IMG/VR virus record: IMGVR_UViG_3300027983_002383 | Direction: 5' to 3' (one strand) | Length of the DNA stretch: 64,000 nt | DNA from: a virus | Translations under genes and position numbers: made by a program | Shown here: positions 1-9,407 of the stretch, piece after piece | Position numbering within the stretch: the first letter of the stretch is position 1 | Layout: each line of letters starts with the position of its first letter | Notes under the pieces: model-generated | Seen by the model: the letters and a program-made list of their open reading frames with translations, nothing else | The model's database searches: none | Told to the model about the DNA's origin: nothing

Positions 1-1434
1 GAAGATATTAATAAAACATTAATGTCTGATTTTAAAAGTAAGATGAAATCCAATGTTTATAACACTAAACAACTTGAATTGGATAATGAAGAATACTCTA
101 AGAATGTTAGTGATAATAGAATAGAGATTAAATTTAAAGGGAAAGAACTAAAAAAAGTAGAGAAGAAAATTACTGAAGCCAAAGATAAAAAGGATGATTT
201 ATTAGGGAAAAGATATTCTATTGATTCTGAAATTAAAAAAGTTAACCCAGATACACTTAAGAAAGAGATCGATGATTTAACTAACACTGGTGTAGAATTA
301 AAAGAAAAATTAAGTAAAATATTAAAAGAAATAAAAGGTATTAATAAATTTTCTTATGATGAAGACGATCATGAAATTTTAAGAGACACTGAGAAAGAAG
401 TACTTTTATTAGAAAGTTATCAGGAGTCTGAAATTAAGTCTATTGAAAAAATAATAAATGATTTAAAAGAAGGTGAAAATTGCCCAACATGTAAAAGGTC
501 TTTAGAAGAAGTGGATAATAGTGGTGATATAAAAGAAAATGAAAAGTCACTTAAAGAAAAGAATAAAGAACTTAAAAAAGTTAAATCTAAATTAGTAGGT
601 GTACAAGATAAATTAAAAACCACTAATGAAGAAAAGAAAAATTCTGATATATTTGATAGGTTAAGTTTGTCTAAAGATAGAACAGAGATTGAGATTGATA
701 GAATGAGGGTTGACTATAGAGAGAAGACATCTTTATTAAAGGACTATGAAAGAAATATTGATTTCATCGAAGAAAATAGGAAATTAGAGAGTAAAATACT
801 GGGATATAACCAACTATTAGAAACTTTAAACGTCAATAGAGATACAATAAGGACTGATATTCAGAATTTGAAAAACGATATAACACTAAAAGAAACTACA
901 ATATCAGATAATGTAAATCTAATTGGACAAATATTAAAGGAGGATGAAGTGCTTAAAATATTTGAGGTTTACAATAGAATGATAGGTAAAAATGGTATTT
1001 CTAAGTTGGTGTTATCATCGGTTATCCCAATTATCAATTATGAATTAACGAGATTATTAGATGAAGTTTGTGATTTTGAAGTACAATTAGAAATTAATAA
1101 TAAAAATGAAGTGGAATTTTTAATAATTAAAAATAACATAAATAAAAAACTTAAATCAGGGTCTGGTTTAGAGACTACTTTAGCCTCATTAGCTTTAAGG
1201 TGTGTGTTAGGTAGAGTATCGACACTACCAAAACCTAATGTGATAGTATTTGACGAGGTATTGGGTAAGGTTGCAAACAATAATTTAGACAACGTAAAAA
1301 TATTTTTTGATAAAATTAAGAAAATGTATGAAATTATTCTATTGATAAGTCATAACCCCATAATACAAGATTGGGCTGACAAAATTATCACTGTAGAAAA
1401 AAATAATGACATTTCTTCATTGCAGATAAAATAA
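1..1434 (+). CDS. SMC/SbcC/T4 gp46-like recombination ATPase, 5'-truncated by window edge
   Basis: Frame open from base 1; coiled coil with CPTC zinc hook, ABC-signature-like SGSGLE, Walker B VIVFDE, H-loop ISHN. Confidence 0.88.
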   Translation, partial: EDINKTLMSDFKSKMKSNVYNTKQLELDNEEYSKNVSDNRIEIKFKGKELKKVEKKITEAKDKKDDLLGKRYSIDSEIKKVNPDTLKKEIDDLTNTGVELKEKLSKILKEIKGINKFSYDEDDHEILRDTEKEVLLLESYQESEIKSIEKIINDLKEGENCPTCKRSLEEVDNSGDIKENEKSLKEKNKELKKVKSKLVGVQDKLKTTNEEKKNSDIFDRLSLSKDRTEIEIDRMRVDYREKTSLLKDYERNIDFIEENRKLESKILGYNQLLETLNVNRDTIRTDIQNLKNDITLKETTISDNVNLIGQILKEDEVLKIFEVYNRMIGKNGISKLVLSSVIPIINYELTRLLDEVCDFEVQLEINNKNEVEFLIIKNNINKKLKSGSGLETTLASLALRCVLGRVSTLPKPNVIVFDEVLGKVANNNLDNVKIFFDKIKKMYEIILLISHNPIIQDWADKIITVEKNNDISSLQIK

Positions 1435-1502
1435 ATTTTACTATATTTAACAAAATAAAGATTTAGTATAGTATTTGATAATATTTATTAGGAAAGAGAA
1501 TT

Positions 1503-1994
1503 ATGGAGAAACCTTATTTAAAAAACTATTGTATCATTGGGTTAGGTAAAATAGATGAAATAAAAGAAGACCTAACGGAGATATCTGAAACTAGTATAAA
1601 TTTTGTTAGTGGTGAAGGGTTATTAATCGCGACATTTACTAGCGGGTTTCATATTGGGGAAATTGAGGAGATATTAAAATCGAATCAAAGGTCGTTTATT
1701 ATTTTCGAAATGACACCAGGTTATTTCTCTGCAAGTATAGAGAACAAAGAATTTCAAGAAGCACTATTTGGGTCAATAATTAACAACTCTAATACTTCAT
1801 TTATTAAAATGGAAGAAGCGTTAAAGAAAATTAGGGAGGGGTTGAAAAATGGTGAAATGAATTTTAACCCTTTTAAATATGATTTTTTGGAGGACGTAGA
1901 AGAACAAAGTGATGAAGAGTTATTAGAAGAGGCTTTAAGTTCTGAAGATTATGAAGAAGCTGCTAGATTAAGAGACAAAATAAAAAACAAATAA
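1503..1994 (+). CDS. hypothetical protein with C-terminal UvrB/UvrC (UVR) motif
   Basis: C-terminus EEALSSEDYEEAARLRDKI. Confidence 0.6.
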   Translation: MEKPYLKNYCIIGLGKIDEIKEDLTEISETSINFVSGEGLLIATFTSGFHIGEIEEILKSNQRSFIIFEMTPGYFSASIENKEFQEALFGSIINNSNTSFIKMEEALKKIREGLKNGEMNFNPFKYDFLEDVEEQSDEELLEEALSSEDYEEAARLRDKIKNK

Positions 1995-2007
1995 ATAAAT
2001 AGACAAT

Positions 2008-2802
2008 ATGGCGAAGGGTTTTATCAACAACAAAGAAGATGGTATGGGTATATATATGAAGGATGTTAGAAAAAATAGTCTAATAACCGCAGAAAGGGAA
2101 GTGGTATTAGCCAAAAGAATTGAAAAAGGGGATGAAAGAGCTTTAAATGAGTTGGTGAGTGCCAACCTAAGATTTGTCATTAAAATTGCTAAGAGGTACC
2201 AGAATCAAGGTGTACCAATTGCTGATTTAATTTCGGAAGGTAATTACGGTTTAATTACTGCAGCTAAAAAGTTTGATCATACTAAAGGGTTTAGGTTTAT
2301 TTCATACGCGATATGGTGGATTAAACAATGTATCATACAATCGTTGAATGATGATTCAAGGACTGTTAGATTACCGGGGAATATGATAAATAAACTAAGT
2401 AAGATTAAAAAGGAGGTAGATACCTTTGAAAAGGATAATCATAGAAAACCAACAAATAGTGAAATAACACAAGTGATTGTACCATCTTGTACTTCATTAA
2501 ATACACCCATTAATGAAGATGGTGGTGAATTAGTAAATGTAATTGAAAGTACATTATTCTATAGTCCTGATACTATTGAAGGAGAAGAAGAGTTTTTTAA
2601 AAATCGAAGGTTGAATATTGCAATGAGTAATTTATCAGAAAGAGAGGTTGAAATTATTAATTGTTATTATGGTATTACAGGGGAATGTATGACATTAGAA
2701 ATGATTGGTGAAGATTTTGGGTTAACAAAGGAAAGAATACGACAAATAAAAGAATCTGCAATAAGAAAAATTAGAAATAATATTGCTATGGTTGGTTTTT
2801 AA
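2008..2802 (+). CDS. RNA polymerase sigma factor, RpoD/SigA (sigma-70) family
   Basis: Region 2 ANLRFV..AK.Y, DLISEGNYGL..AA.KFD..KGFRFISYAIWWIKQ; region 4 LEMIGEDFGLTKERIRQI. Confidence 0.93.
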   Translation: MAKGFINNKEDGMGIYMKDVRKNSLITAEREVVLAKRIEKGDERALNELVSANLRFVIKIAKRYQNQGVPIADLISEGNYGLITAAKKFDHTKGFRFISYAIWWIKQCIIQSLNDDSRTVRLPGNMINKLSKIKKEVDTFEKDNHRKPTNSEITQVIVPSCTSLNTPINEDGGELVNVIESTLFYSPDTIEGEEEFFKNRRLNIAMSNLSEREVEIINCYYGITGECMTLEMIGEDFGLTKERIRQIKESAIRKIRNNIAMVGF

Positions 2803-2829
2803 AAATTGACACGTTTAATTGGTTACTGA

Positions 2830-2856
2830 GGAGGTTGAAAACCCTCCTTTTTTTTT
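2830..2856 (+). terminator. intrinsic terminator
   Basis: GGAGG/CCTCC stem followed by T-run, after sigma gene. Confidence 0.75.
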
Positions 2857-2954
2857 GTTATTTACTATTTAGTAAAATATATTATAATTTAGTTATATTT
2901 ATATGATAAGTAAATTACATACTTTCATAGTAAAAATATTAAAATTAAAAAAAT

Positions 2955-3284
2955 ATGAAAAACTTTATTAATCTGATTAAAAAATATAAATTATATGTCC
3001 TAAGTGGTTTATTAGTGATATTATTTTTCCGATCATGTCAAAAATCAGTTGAAATCAAAAATCTGGGTAGAGATGGTGTTGTCACTATTAATCACATAGA
3101 TAGTTTAGAAACTATTATCACTCAAAAACAACAAAGAATAGATAGTATACCTGAATTAATAAGAGTGGAAAAAATAAATATCCATATTGAGTATGATAGT
3201 TGGGTTTCAGAACAAAATAGGGGTCAACAATTAATGGAGTTACACCCAATAATAAAGTATAATATTAAAGAACTACAAAAATAA
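2955..3284 (+). CDS. membrane-anchored protein, possible lipoprotein
   Basis: Basic N-terminus, hydrophobic helix, then FRSC (lipobox-like Cys). Confidence 0.5.
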   Translation: MKNFINLIKKYKLYVLSGLLVILFFRSCQKSVEIKNLGRDGVVTINHIDSLETIITQKQQRIDSIPELIRVEKINIHIEYDSWVSEQNRGQQLMELHPIIKYNIKELQK

Positions 3285-3290
3285 AATATT

Positions 3291-3458
3291 ATGGTAAATT
3301 GGGTCAATTCTTGGAAAGGTGAAAATAAAAAAAATAAGTGGAGTGTAACTATCCGATTAGGGAAGTTAACATTATTAGAAATTAAAATATGTCCATGTGA
3401 TAATGAAAAATGTGTTAAACTTAGAGTTATGGTGTTTAATTTTGGATTTGAAGTATGA
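3291..3458 (+). CDS. small hypothetical protein (55 aa, not in ORF track)
   Basis: MVNWVNSWKGENKKNKWSV...FNFGFEV; ATGA overlap with next gene. Confidence 0.7.
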   Translation: MVNWVNSWKGENKKNKWSVTIRLGKLTLLEIKICPCDNEKCVKLRVMVFNFGFEV

Positions 3459-4402
3459 TGAATATATGGAATTGGGTAAAGAATAACCCTAATAGGTTTA
3501 TGTTTCTTATACCAATACTATTGGTTGCTGGGATATCAATCTCTCACGTTGTAACTTGGTATGACATTGCTAACCCCTTAAATTGGGCGATATATCTTTC
3601 TATTGCTATCGAAGTTGGTGCTATGTCAGCATTGGTTGCAGCAACCAATCGAATAAGTGGTGGTGTGTGGTTTATGTTTGGTCTTGTTACTTTCATACAG
3701 ATGATAGGAAACATTTTTTACTCTTTTAATGAAATAGATGAGACAGGTAAATTATTTAAAACTTGGGTTGAGTTAACTGGTCCGATATGGGAATCGTTTG
3801 GTACAGAATTGACAGATACTGTTGGATTAAAAAGGTATTTAGCGTATTTAGAAGGTGGGTTACTACCAATTATTTCATTAACATCACTACACTTCTTCGT
3901 TAAATACGATAAGGAAGTGGTTGAAGAAAAACCAGAAACAGAAGAATATTTTAATAGTAGAAATAAATATGTGGAAAAGATGGTTTCTGAAAGGGAATTG
4001 AATAGAGTATTCAAAAAAGCTAATGAAATATCTAAGAAAGGTAAGGTAGAAATGGGTGAGGATGAACCAACAGCGTTATCATTTACGTACAACATAATTG
4101 AAGATGATTTTTCTGATTTGGATATAACGTTAAATGATGGATTGGAAGAATATCCTTATGAGGAAGAAGGTAATGGAACGGTAGATGAATTTATAGTGTC
4201 ATTAGAAAATGGTGAGGAAATAATTGAACAACCAGAGGTAGATGATATTTATGAAGAAATCTCTAAGTCCTTTGATGAACAACCTGACGTTACTTTAGTC
4301 ACACCACAAAAAGGTGATATTGATGAAGAGGTGATTATACAAGATGTAGTAGTTAAACAACCACTAACCCCACCTAAAACTAATATTCAAAGGATAGATT
4401 GA
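3455..4402 (+). CDS. multi-TM membrane protein with acidic C-terminal tail
   Basis: About 4 hydrophobic segments in first 150 aa; D/E-rich C-terminus. Confidence 0.7.
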   Translation: MMNIWNWVKNNPNRFMFLIPILLVAGISISHVVTWYDIANPLNWAIYLSIAIEVGAMSALVAATNRISGGVWFMFGLVTFIQMIGNIFYSFNEIDETGKLFKTWVELTGPIWESFGTELTDTVGLKRYLAYLEGGLLPIISLTSLHFFVKYDKEVVEEKPETEEYFNSRNKYVEKMVSERELNRVFKKANEISKKGKVEMGEDEPTALSFTYNIIEDDFSDLDITLNDGLEEYPYEEEGNGTVDEFIVSLENGEEIIEQPEVDDIYEEISKSFDEQPDVTLVTPQKGDIDEEVIIQDVVVKQPLTPPKTNIQRID

Positions 4403-5016
4403 TGGATATTGATATTGAAACATATTCTTTACCAGAGAATAACTATTACCCCATAGAGTTTAAAAAAAGACAAATTGTTTTAGGGAATAGTTTTTCAGAA
4501 AACAATAAACATATTAAAGGTTGGTTAAATAGGGAGATGGGTGAATATAAAAAAACATCTATGTTTACTATAGATAGAAAAGGTAAAGTTTATCAACACT
4601 TTACACCTAACAACTACTCAGATTTCACAAATAATAAATCTGTGGATAAAAAAATTATATCGATAACTATTGAGAATCAAGGTTGGTTAAATAAAGATTT
4701 GATAAATGATACGTACTTTGATTGGGTTGGTAATATTTATAATAGAAAGGTTAAGGTATATGAAAAAAGATGGAGAGGGTTTAATTACTGGGACCCATAC
4801 ACATTAAAACAATTAGATAGTTGTGTTGAGTTAGTAAAATACCTTTGTGATAAGTATGATATACCTAATAATTGTGTGGGTCATAATACTTATATAGATG
4901 GTGTTGAATTTTTTGAAGGTATAGTTTATAAAAGTAATTATTATAAAGAAAGTACCGATTTAAGTCCAGCTTGGGAATATAAAAAAATAAAAGATAAAAT
5001 AGAAAATAAAAAATAG
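4399..5016 (+). CDS. Amidase_2-like protein, probably catalytically inactive
   Basis: Aligns by eye with amidase domain of 9408..10619 (I.IEN.G, RG..YW..YT.KQ, D..P) but lacks the Zn-ligand His/His/Cys. Confidence 0.6.
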   Translation: MMDIDIETYSLPENNYYPIEFKKRQIVLGNSFSENNKHIKGWLNREMGEYKKTSMFTIDRKGKVYQHFTPNNYSDFTNNKSVDKKIISITIENQGWLNKDLINDTYFDWVGNIYNRKVKVYEKRWRGFNYWDPYTLKQLDSCVELVKYLCDKYDIPNNCVGHNTYIDGVEFFEGIVYKSNYYKESTDLSPAWEYKKIKDKIENKK

Positions 5017-5020
5017 AGAT

Positions 5021-5548
5021 ATGGGTCAACATGATGATACAAAGAGAATGTTAGGATTGATTAGAGAATCAATTAGTAAAAAAAATAAGGTTAATAAAAT
5101 AATGTTACGTGAACAATCTGAGCCTATCGGAGGTAAAGAAGATTTGTCACCTGCGGATTATGCGGAAGAACAACAAAAATTCAGAAACACTGTTTCACCT
5201 AGAGTTAAATTCACCTCTTTTAAATTATACCCTAATTCACAAAATGTTGAATTTAGTGGTGAATTTACTGATAGTAAAATAGAATGGTTTTATTCTTTAG
5301 ATGACACTAGGGGTGTATATATAACTGGTACATTTATACAACTTAGTGATGAAGTATTAAAAACTCAAATACAGAAATTAGTTGCATATTATGAAACTTG
5401 GTCGGATGAATGGGCTACTAGAATCGCAGAAGAATATAAAAATGAAATTGTAGATGAAGAAAACGCTGAAGATGGACCAGTAAGTGTGAACTCACCAGAA
5501 TTTGGGGGTCAGTCTTTTTCTGAAGAAGATGAGATTGAAAATGTTTAA
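5021..5548 (+). CDS. hypothetical, probable virion/head-internal protein
   Basis: N-terminal LIRE and MLRE motifs; acidic tail. Confidence 0.55.
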   Translation: MGQHDDTKRMLGLIRESISKKNKVNKIMLREQSEPIGGKEDLSPADYAEEQQKFRNTVSPRVKFTSFKLYPNSQNVEFSGEFTDSKIEWFYSLDDTRGVYITGTFIQLSDEVLKTQIQKLVAYYETWSDEWATRIAEEYKNEIVDEENAEDGPVSVNSPEFGGQSFSEEDEIENV

Positions 5549-5909
5549 GAATGGTATCGACATAAAAATAATTTTTATCCTAGTTTTAGGTGTTGCGTTA
5601 GTATTATCAATTTTATTAAGACCTTCTAAAGATATTAACAAATATGAAGAAGAGATTAATTTATTAAATCATCAGAACGAAATGTTGTTGGGTAACAACG
5701 ATAGTATTTCATTACTAAACGAAAAACTTATAAAAGATATTATAGTTTTAGAAGAGAATGTTGAAGTTGTTAATGTTAAATTAAAATATTCCGACACACA
5801 AATAAAAAAATTAAAAAATAAAAAGAATGAAGTTTATTCTAATGTTATTATTATGGACGCTAATAGTGTCACCATCAATATCTCAGAATATCTCAAAAGG
5901 AGAGGTTAA
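5541..5909 (+). CDS. N-terminal TM + coiled coil, spanin-like subunit
   Basis: TM IIFILVLGVALVLSILL then heptad coiled coil; overlaps next gene; start moved to ATG 5541. Confidence 0.45.
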   Translation: MFKNGIDIKIIFILVLGVALVLSILLRPSKDINKYEEEINLLNHQNEMLLGNNDSISLLNEKLIKDIIVLEENVEVVNVKLKYSDTQIKKLKNKKNEVYSNVIIMDANSVTINISEYLKRRG

Positions 5910-6285
5910 AACAATCGTTAATGATAAAGGAGATACACTGGTATTGATGAATTTAGAAGATGCTAAGTTTATCCTTAGTGACTTGTTAGAATGTGAAATC
6001 ACCGATAGTCTTTTAAATGTATATATAGAAAGGGATAGTCTTTATCAGAGTAAAATTACTTTAAAAGATGAGATAATTGATAAGTTAAATTTACAAAACA
6101 CTAATTGTGAAAGTGTGGTTAATAATTTAAAAACTATTATTGATAACAAGGATAGTGTAATTACTTTAAAAGATGATACTATTAAACAACAAAAAAAAGA
6201 GATTAGAAAACAAAAGTTTTTTAAATTTTTAGGTTTAGCGGGGTCAGTAATATTACCCATTATAACTTTATTAATATTGATATAG
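5827..6285 (+). CDS. signal peptide + coiled coil + C-terminal TM, spanin-like partner
   Basis: Hydrophobic N-terminus, coiled coil, C-terminal FLGLAGSVILPIITLLILI; 83-nt overlap with upstream gene. Confidence 0.4.
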   Translation: MKFILMLLLWTLIVSPSISQNISKGEVKTIVNDKGDTLVLMNLEDAKFILSDLLECEITDSLLNVYIERDSLYQSKITLKDEIIDKLNLQNTNCESVVNNLKTIIDNKDSVITLKDDTIKQQKKEIRKQKFFKFLGLAGSVILPIITLLILI

Positions 6286-6304
6286 TTTTTTTATTGAAAT
6301 GTTA

Positions 6305-6312
6305 ATATTTAT
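6305..6312 (+). promoter_or_regulatory. ATATTTAT motif, putative late promoter
   Basis: Intergenic, 7 nt before ATG of a leader-bearing gene; same placement at many operon starts. Confidence 0.5.
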
Positions 6313-6319
6313 ATAGTAT

Positions 6320-6580
6320 ATGGATAATAAAAGACTTAAACAAATCATTACAGAATCTTTAACTAAAACAGATGAAGCCAAAATTGGCGCAATGATTAGA
6401 AAAGAAATTAAAGATGTTTTTGGTAGTGATTTAGAAAATAAAGTCTTAAAAATCTTAGAAAAAGAACTTAAAGGTACAAAGTTTAGAAAAAAAATTGTAG
6501 AAATTAATAAAGATGTTCTTGTACAATTACATAAAGAATTGTGGATGAGAAGACAATTTTGGTTAACCGCATTAAAATGA
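6320..6580 (+). CDS. hypothetical protein with IITE leader
   Basis: MDNKRLKQIITES. Confidence 0.7.
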   Translation: MDNKRLKQIITESLTKTDEAKIGAMIRKEIKDVFGSDLENKVLKILEKELKGTKFRKKIVEINKDVLVQLHKELWMRRQFWLTALK

Positions 6581-7668
6581 TGAGTGAAGAAAAAATGAAA
6601 GCAGATTATGATAGAACCCGAGAGGTAATACTATCATGTCTAAATTATGAACAATTAAAGGTGGGGGTTAGAATGTTTAATCACTTAAATAGGCTGCATG
6701 ACATTCCTGAAAAAGATTTAAATAAGTTAGAAAATTTAATTGGGTTAATGCGTATTAGATGTGGGTCTGACGACATTAATGAAGATATGTCTAAGATTGG
6801 TAAAGAATTTAAGAAAGCTGCGTCACACGCAGGTTTAAACAATATTGTGTTTTCAGAAGAAGAATTAGTAGGTGGGGAATCTGATAATATGACAACAGAG
6901 GATTTAGCTAAAAAACATAATGTAGATGTAAAATCAATTAAAAAGGAAATTGGAATAGGTAGTCAAATTGAAAAGGAACACACAGATTCAGATGAAGAGG
7001 CTAAAGAAATCGCTATGGATCACATTGCAGAGTTTCCTGATTACTACTCAAACGATGAGTTCGGTATAATCGCAATTGAAAAAACTAGAGGGGAAGGTAG
7101 AAAAACTATAAGGATTTCTAAATCTGATATGAAAAAATTACATAAGGACGGTAAATCAGAAGTAGATGGTTATTTATTATCATTTTCTGAAGATATGGTT
7201 GAAGCGACTGGTGCTAGTGGTAGTGGTTCATACGTTGGTTTATTTTCTGGTGGAAAACAACAACCAATACGTAGGTCATTTGAAGATGTCCCTGTTACAA
7301 AGAATGGGATTGTTGGTAAAAGACAAACAGGGTTACCGATAGGGAAAATGTATTCATTTAATGAAGATAAAGAGGTTTTAGAAGAAGTAGATTTAGAGGA
7401 AGCAACATCAGCAGGAAGTGTAGGGGGTGTTTATGACACACCAGGATTTCCCGCAAGTAAATTTATGGGAACTGCAGGTAAGAAAGGAAAGGCACCTGTT
7501 AAAAATAAACAACCTAGTTTAGATTCTTTAGGGTATCAGAAGGTTAGGGTAAAAGATAAATGTAGTAAATTCCCTTATTGTAGTCAAAGTCCCGACGCTA
7601 TCGAATTCTATAACGAAAGTAGGGTAATAAAAACAATAAAAAGGGGAAACTTAAAAATAAAAAAGTGA
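6577..7668 (+). CDS. modular protein with DUF5661-like domain and repeated EAT..S.G.Y motifs
   Basis: G.QIEKEHTD..EEAKEIAMDHIAEFPDYY; start at ATGA overlap 6577. Confidence 0.55.
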   Translation: MMSEEKMKADYDRTREVILSCLNYEQLKVGVRMFNHLNRLHDIPEKDLNKLENLIGLMRIRCGSDDINEDMSKIGKEFKKAASHAGLNNIVFSEEELVGGESDNMTTEDLAKKHNVDVKSIKKEIGIGSQIEKEHTDSDEEAKEIAMDHIAEFPDYYSNDEFGIIAIEKTRGEGRKTIRISKSDMKKLHKDGKSEVDGYLLSFSEDMVEATGASGSGSYVGLFSGGKQQPIRRSFEDVPVTKNGIVGKRQTGLPIGKMYSFNEDKEVLEEVDLEEATSAGSVGGVYDTPGFPASKFMGTAGKKGKAPVKNKQPSLDSLGYQKVRVKDKCSKFPYCSQSPDAIEFYNESRVIKTIKRGNLKIKK

Positions 7669-7685
7669 TAATATCTAATTTTTAG

Positions 7686-7693
7686 ATATTTAT
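7686..7693 (+). promoter_or_regulatory. ATATTTAT motif, putative late promoter
   Basis: Intergenic, 13 nt before ATG 7707. Confidence 0.5.
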
Positions 7694-7706
7694 AAAAAAA
7701 ACAAAG

Positions 7707-8552
7707 ATGGAAAGAAAATTTTTAACTAAAAAAACTAAGGTAATTATTAGAGAAGAACAAGAACCTAATGGATTAAAAGTTGCTAATAAAGTTCGAAAAG
7801 AAAGTGGTAAGTTTAATGATGATAGTTTAAGAGCTTTAGATAAAAAGTTATCTAGTTATTATGATTTTGACAATGATGAAGATTTTACTATACCAAAAGT
7901 GGATAGAGCTCAGGATGAAACTGAACCATGGGATGTTTATGATACAGAAGCTTTAGGTGCTGGTAAAATGTATGGATTAAAATATGATAATGAAGGTACT
8001 GAAGTATATGATTCTTTTGAAAAAAGAAACGATGAGATAAATGACACTTCAGAGTATGACGATTTATTTGGTACACACGATGGATTTGGTGAAACAAAAG
8101 AAAAAGACGATACATATAAAAAATTAAAAGATGCGTCTAAAAAATATAAAGAATATAAGTATGACTTACCAACACAATATCAAGATACCCCAAGGGTGAG
8201 AGTAACAAAAGGTATAAATGAAAACAAAATGAAAAGACTAAATTTTAAACAAGAATTCGAAAACGAATATGAAATGAAAAAACTGATTCCTGAAAACTAT
8301 AAAGTTGAGGGACATACATTTCTAATGACAGATGGTAATCAAACGTATAAGGTAAGATGGGATGTATCATTAAAAGAGGGGACAGTCTTAGGATATAAAA
8401 ATAAATCTATGATCAATGAAGATATGGATAAAATGAAAAAATTATTCGATTATAAGTATTCTGATTCAATGGGTAAATCTACTGAATATGGTGAAGAAAC
8501 AAAATTATTTAAAACACTTTTTGAATCTGTTAAGAAAAAAGGTTTGTTATAG
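7707..8552 (+). CDS. hypothetical, probable head-internal protein with several (I/L/F)xE linkers
   Basis: IIREE, GINEN, MINED, LFES motifs. Confidence 0.55.
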   Translation: MERKFLTKKTKVIIREEQEPNGLKVANKVRKESGKFNDDSLRALDKKLSSYYDFDNDEDFTIPKVDRAQDETEPWDVYDTEALGAGKMYGLKYDNEGTEVYDSFEKRNDEINDTSEYDDLFGTHDGFGETKEKDDTYKKLKDASKKYKEYKYDLPTQYQDTPRVRVTKGINENKMKRLNFKQEFENEYEMKKLIPENYKVEGHTFLMTDGNQTYKVRWDVSLKEGTVLGYKNKSMINEDMDKMKKLFDYKYSDSMGKSTEYGEETKLFKTLFESVKKKGLL

Positions 8553-8572
8553 TAATTAGTAAATAATTTATT

Positions 8573-8598
8573 AAAAGGTGGGTTTTCCCACCTTTTTT
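8573..8598 (+). terminator. intrinsic terminator
   Basis: AAAAGGTGGG-TTTT-CCCACCTTTT hairpin plus T-run. Confidence 0.85.
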
Positions 8599-8621
8599 GT
8601 TTTATATAATATTTATATTAT

Positions 8622-9395
8622 ATGAGTTTAAATTTACAAAACATTTTAACAGAATCCATATTAGATGATTTGACTATATCTAAATTAGATAAGGTTACAT
8701 TAAAGGTTTTTAATGTGATTAAAGATGATAAGTTTTATTATACTGGTCAGGATAAGGCATGGGATATGTCAGATGGACAACGCATTGTGAAAGCTGCTGA
8801 AATGTTAAAAATAGGTGATTATGACTATCTCTATAGTGTCTATGATTTTTATAACACATATAGTGATATATTATTTAAAGATGTTCCCAGTGAGATACCA
8901 AAAAAAAAGGTACCATTTACTGGTGAATACGAACACATTTTAGGTGAAAAACTATTACAATATTTTCACTATTATTATAATGATAAAACAATTTATTCGA
9001 ATGAAACTGGTGAATTTATTTGTGGTGTAATTACTGGTGATATGGATGAGGCAATAATGGAAGAAATGTATAGTGTTGAGGTTTATAACCTTACCACACA
9101 AACCCACATATTTGTCAATATGTTCCCAACTTCAAAACAACCTAATAAGTTAGGTTGGGACTATCTAAGTATGGACGATGATTTAAGTGAATTTATCCCA
9201 GGATATAGAGGTATTGTTGATATTCCCTACGAAGAAACGATAGATAACGGATATTTTGATATTGATTTCCCTAAAGATATGAGTGATGAATCATTAAAAA
9301 AATATTTTGATGATATAATAAAGGTGGTAATAAAAGAAATGATAATCCCTAATAATGATTTAATGTTGGATTTCATATCCTCAGATACAAATTAA
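8622..9395 (+). CDS. acidic hypothetical protein with ILTE leader
   Basis: MSLNLQNILTES; ATATTTAT at 8609. Confidence 0.7.
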   Translation: MSLNLQNILTESILDDLTISKLDKVTLKVFNVIKDDKFYYTGQDKAWDMSDGQRIVKAAEMLKIGDYDYLYSVYDFYNTYSDILFKDVPSEIPKKKVPFTGEYEHILGEKLLQYFHYYYNDKTIYSNETGEFICGVITGDMDEAIMEEMYSVEVYNLTTQTHIFVNMFPTSKQPNKLGWDYLSMDDDLSEFIPGYRGIVDIPYEETIDNGYFDIDFPKDMSDESLKKYFDDIIKVVIKEMIIPNNDLMLDFISSDTN

Positions 9396-9407
9396 AACTA
9401 AAAATAT

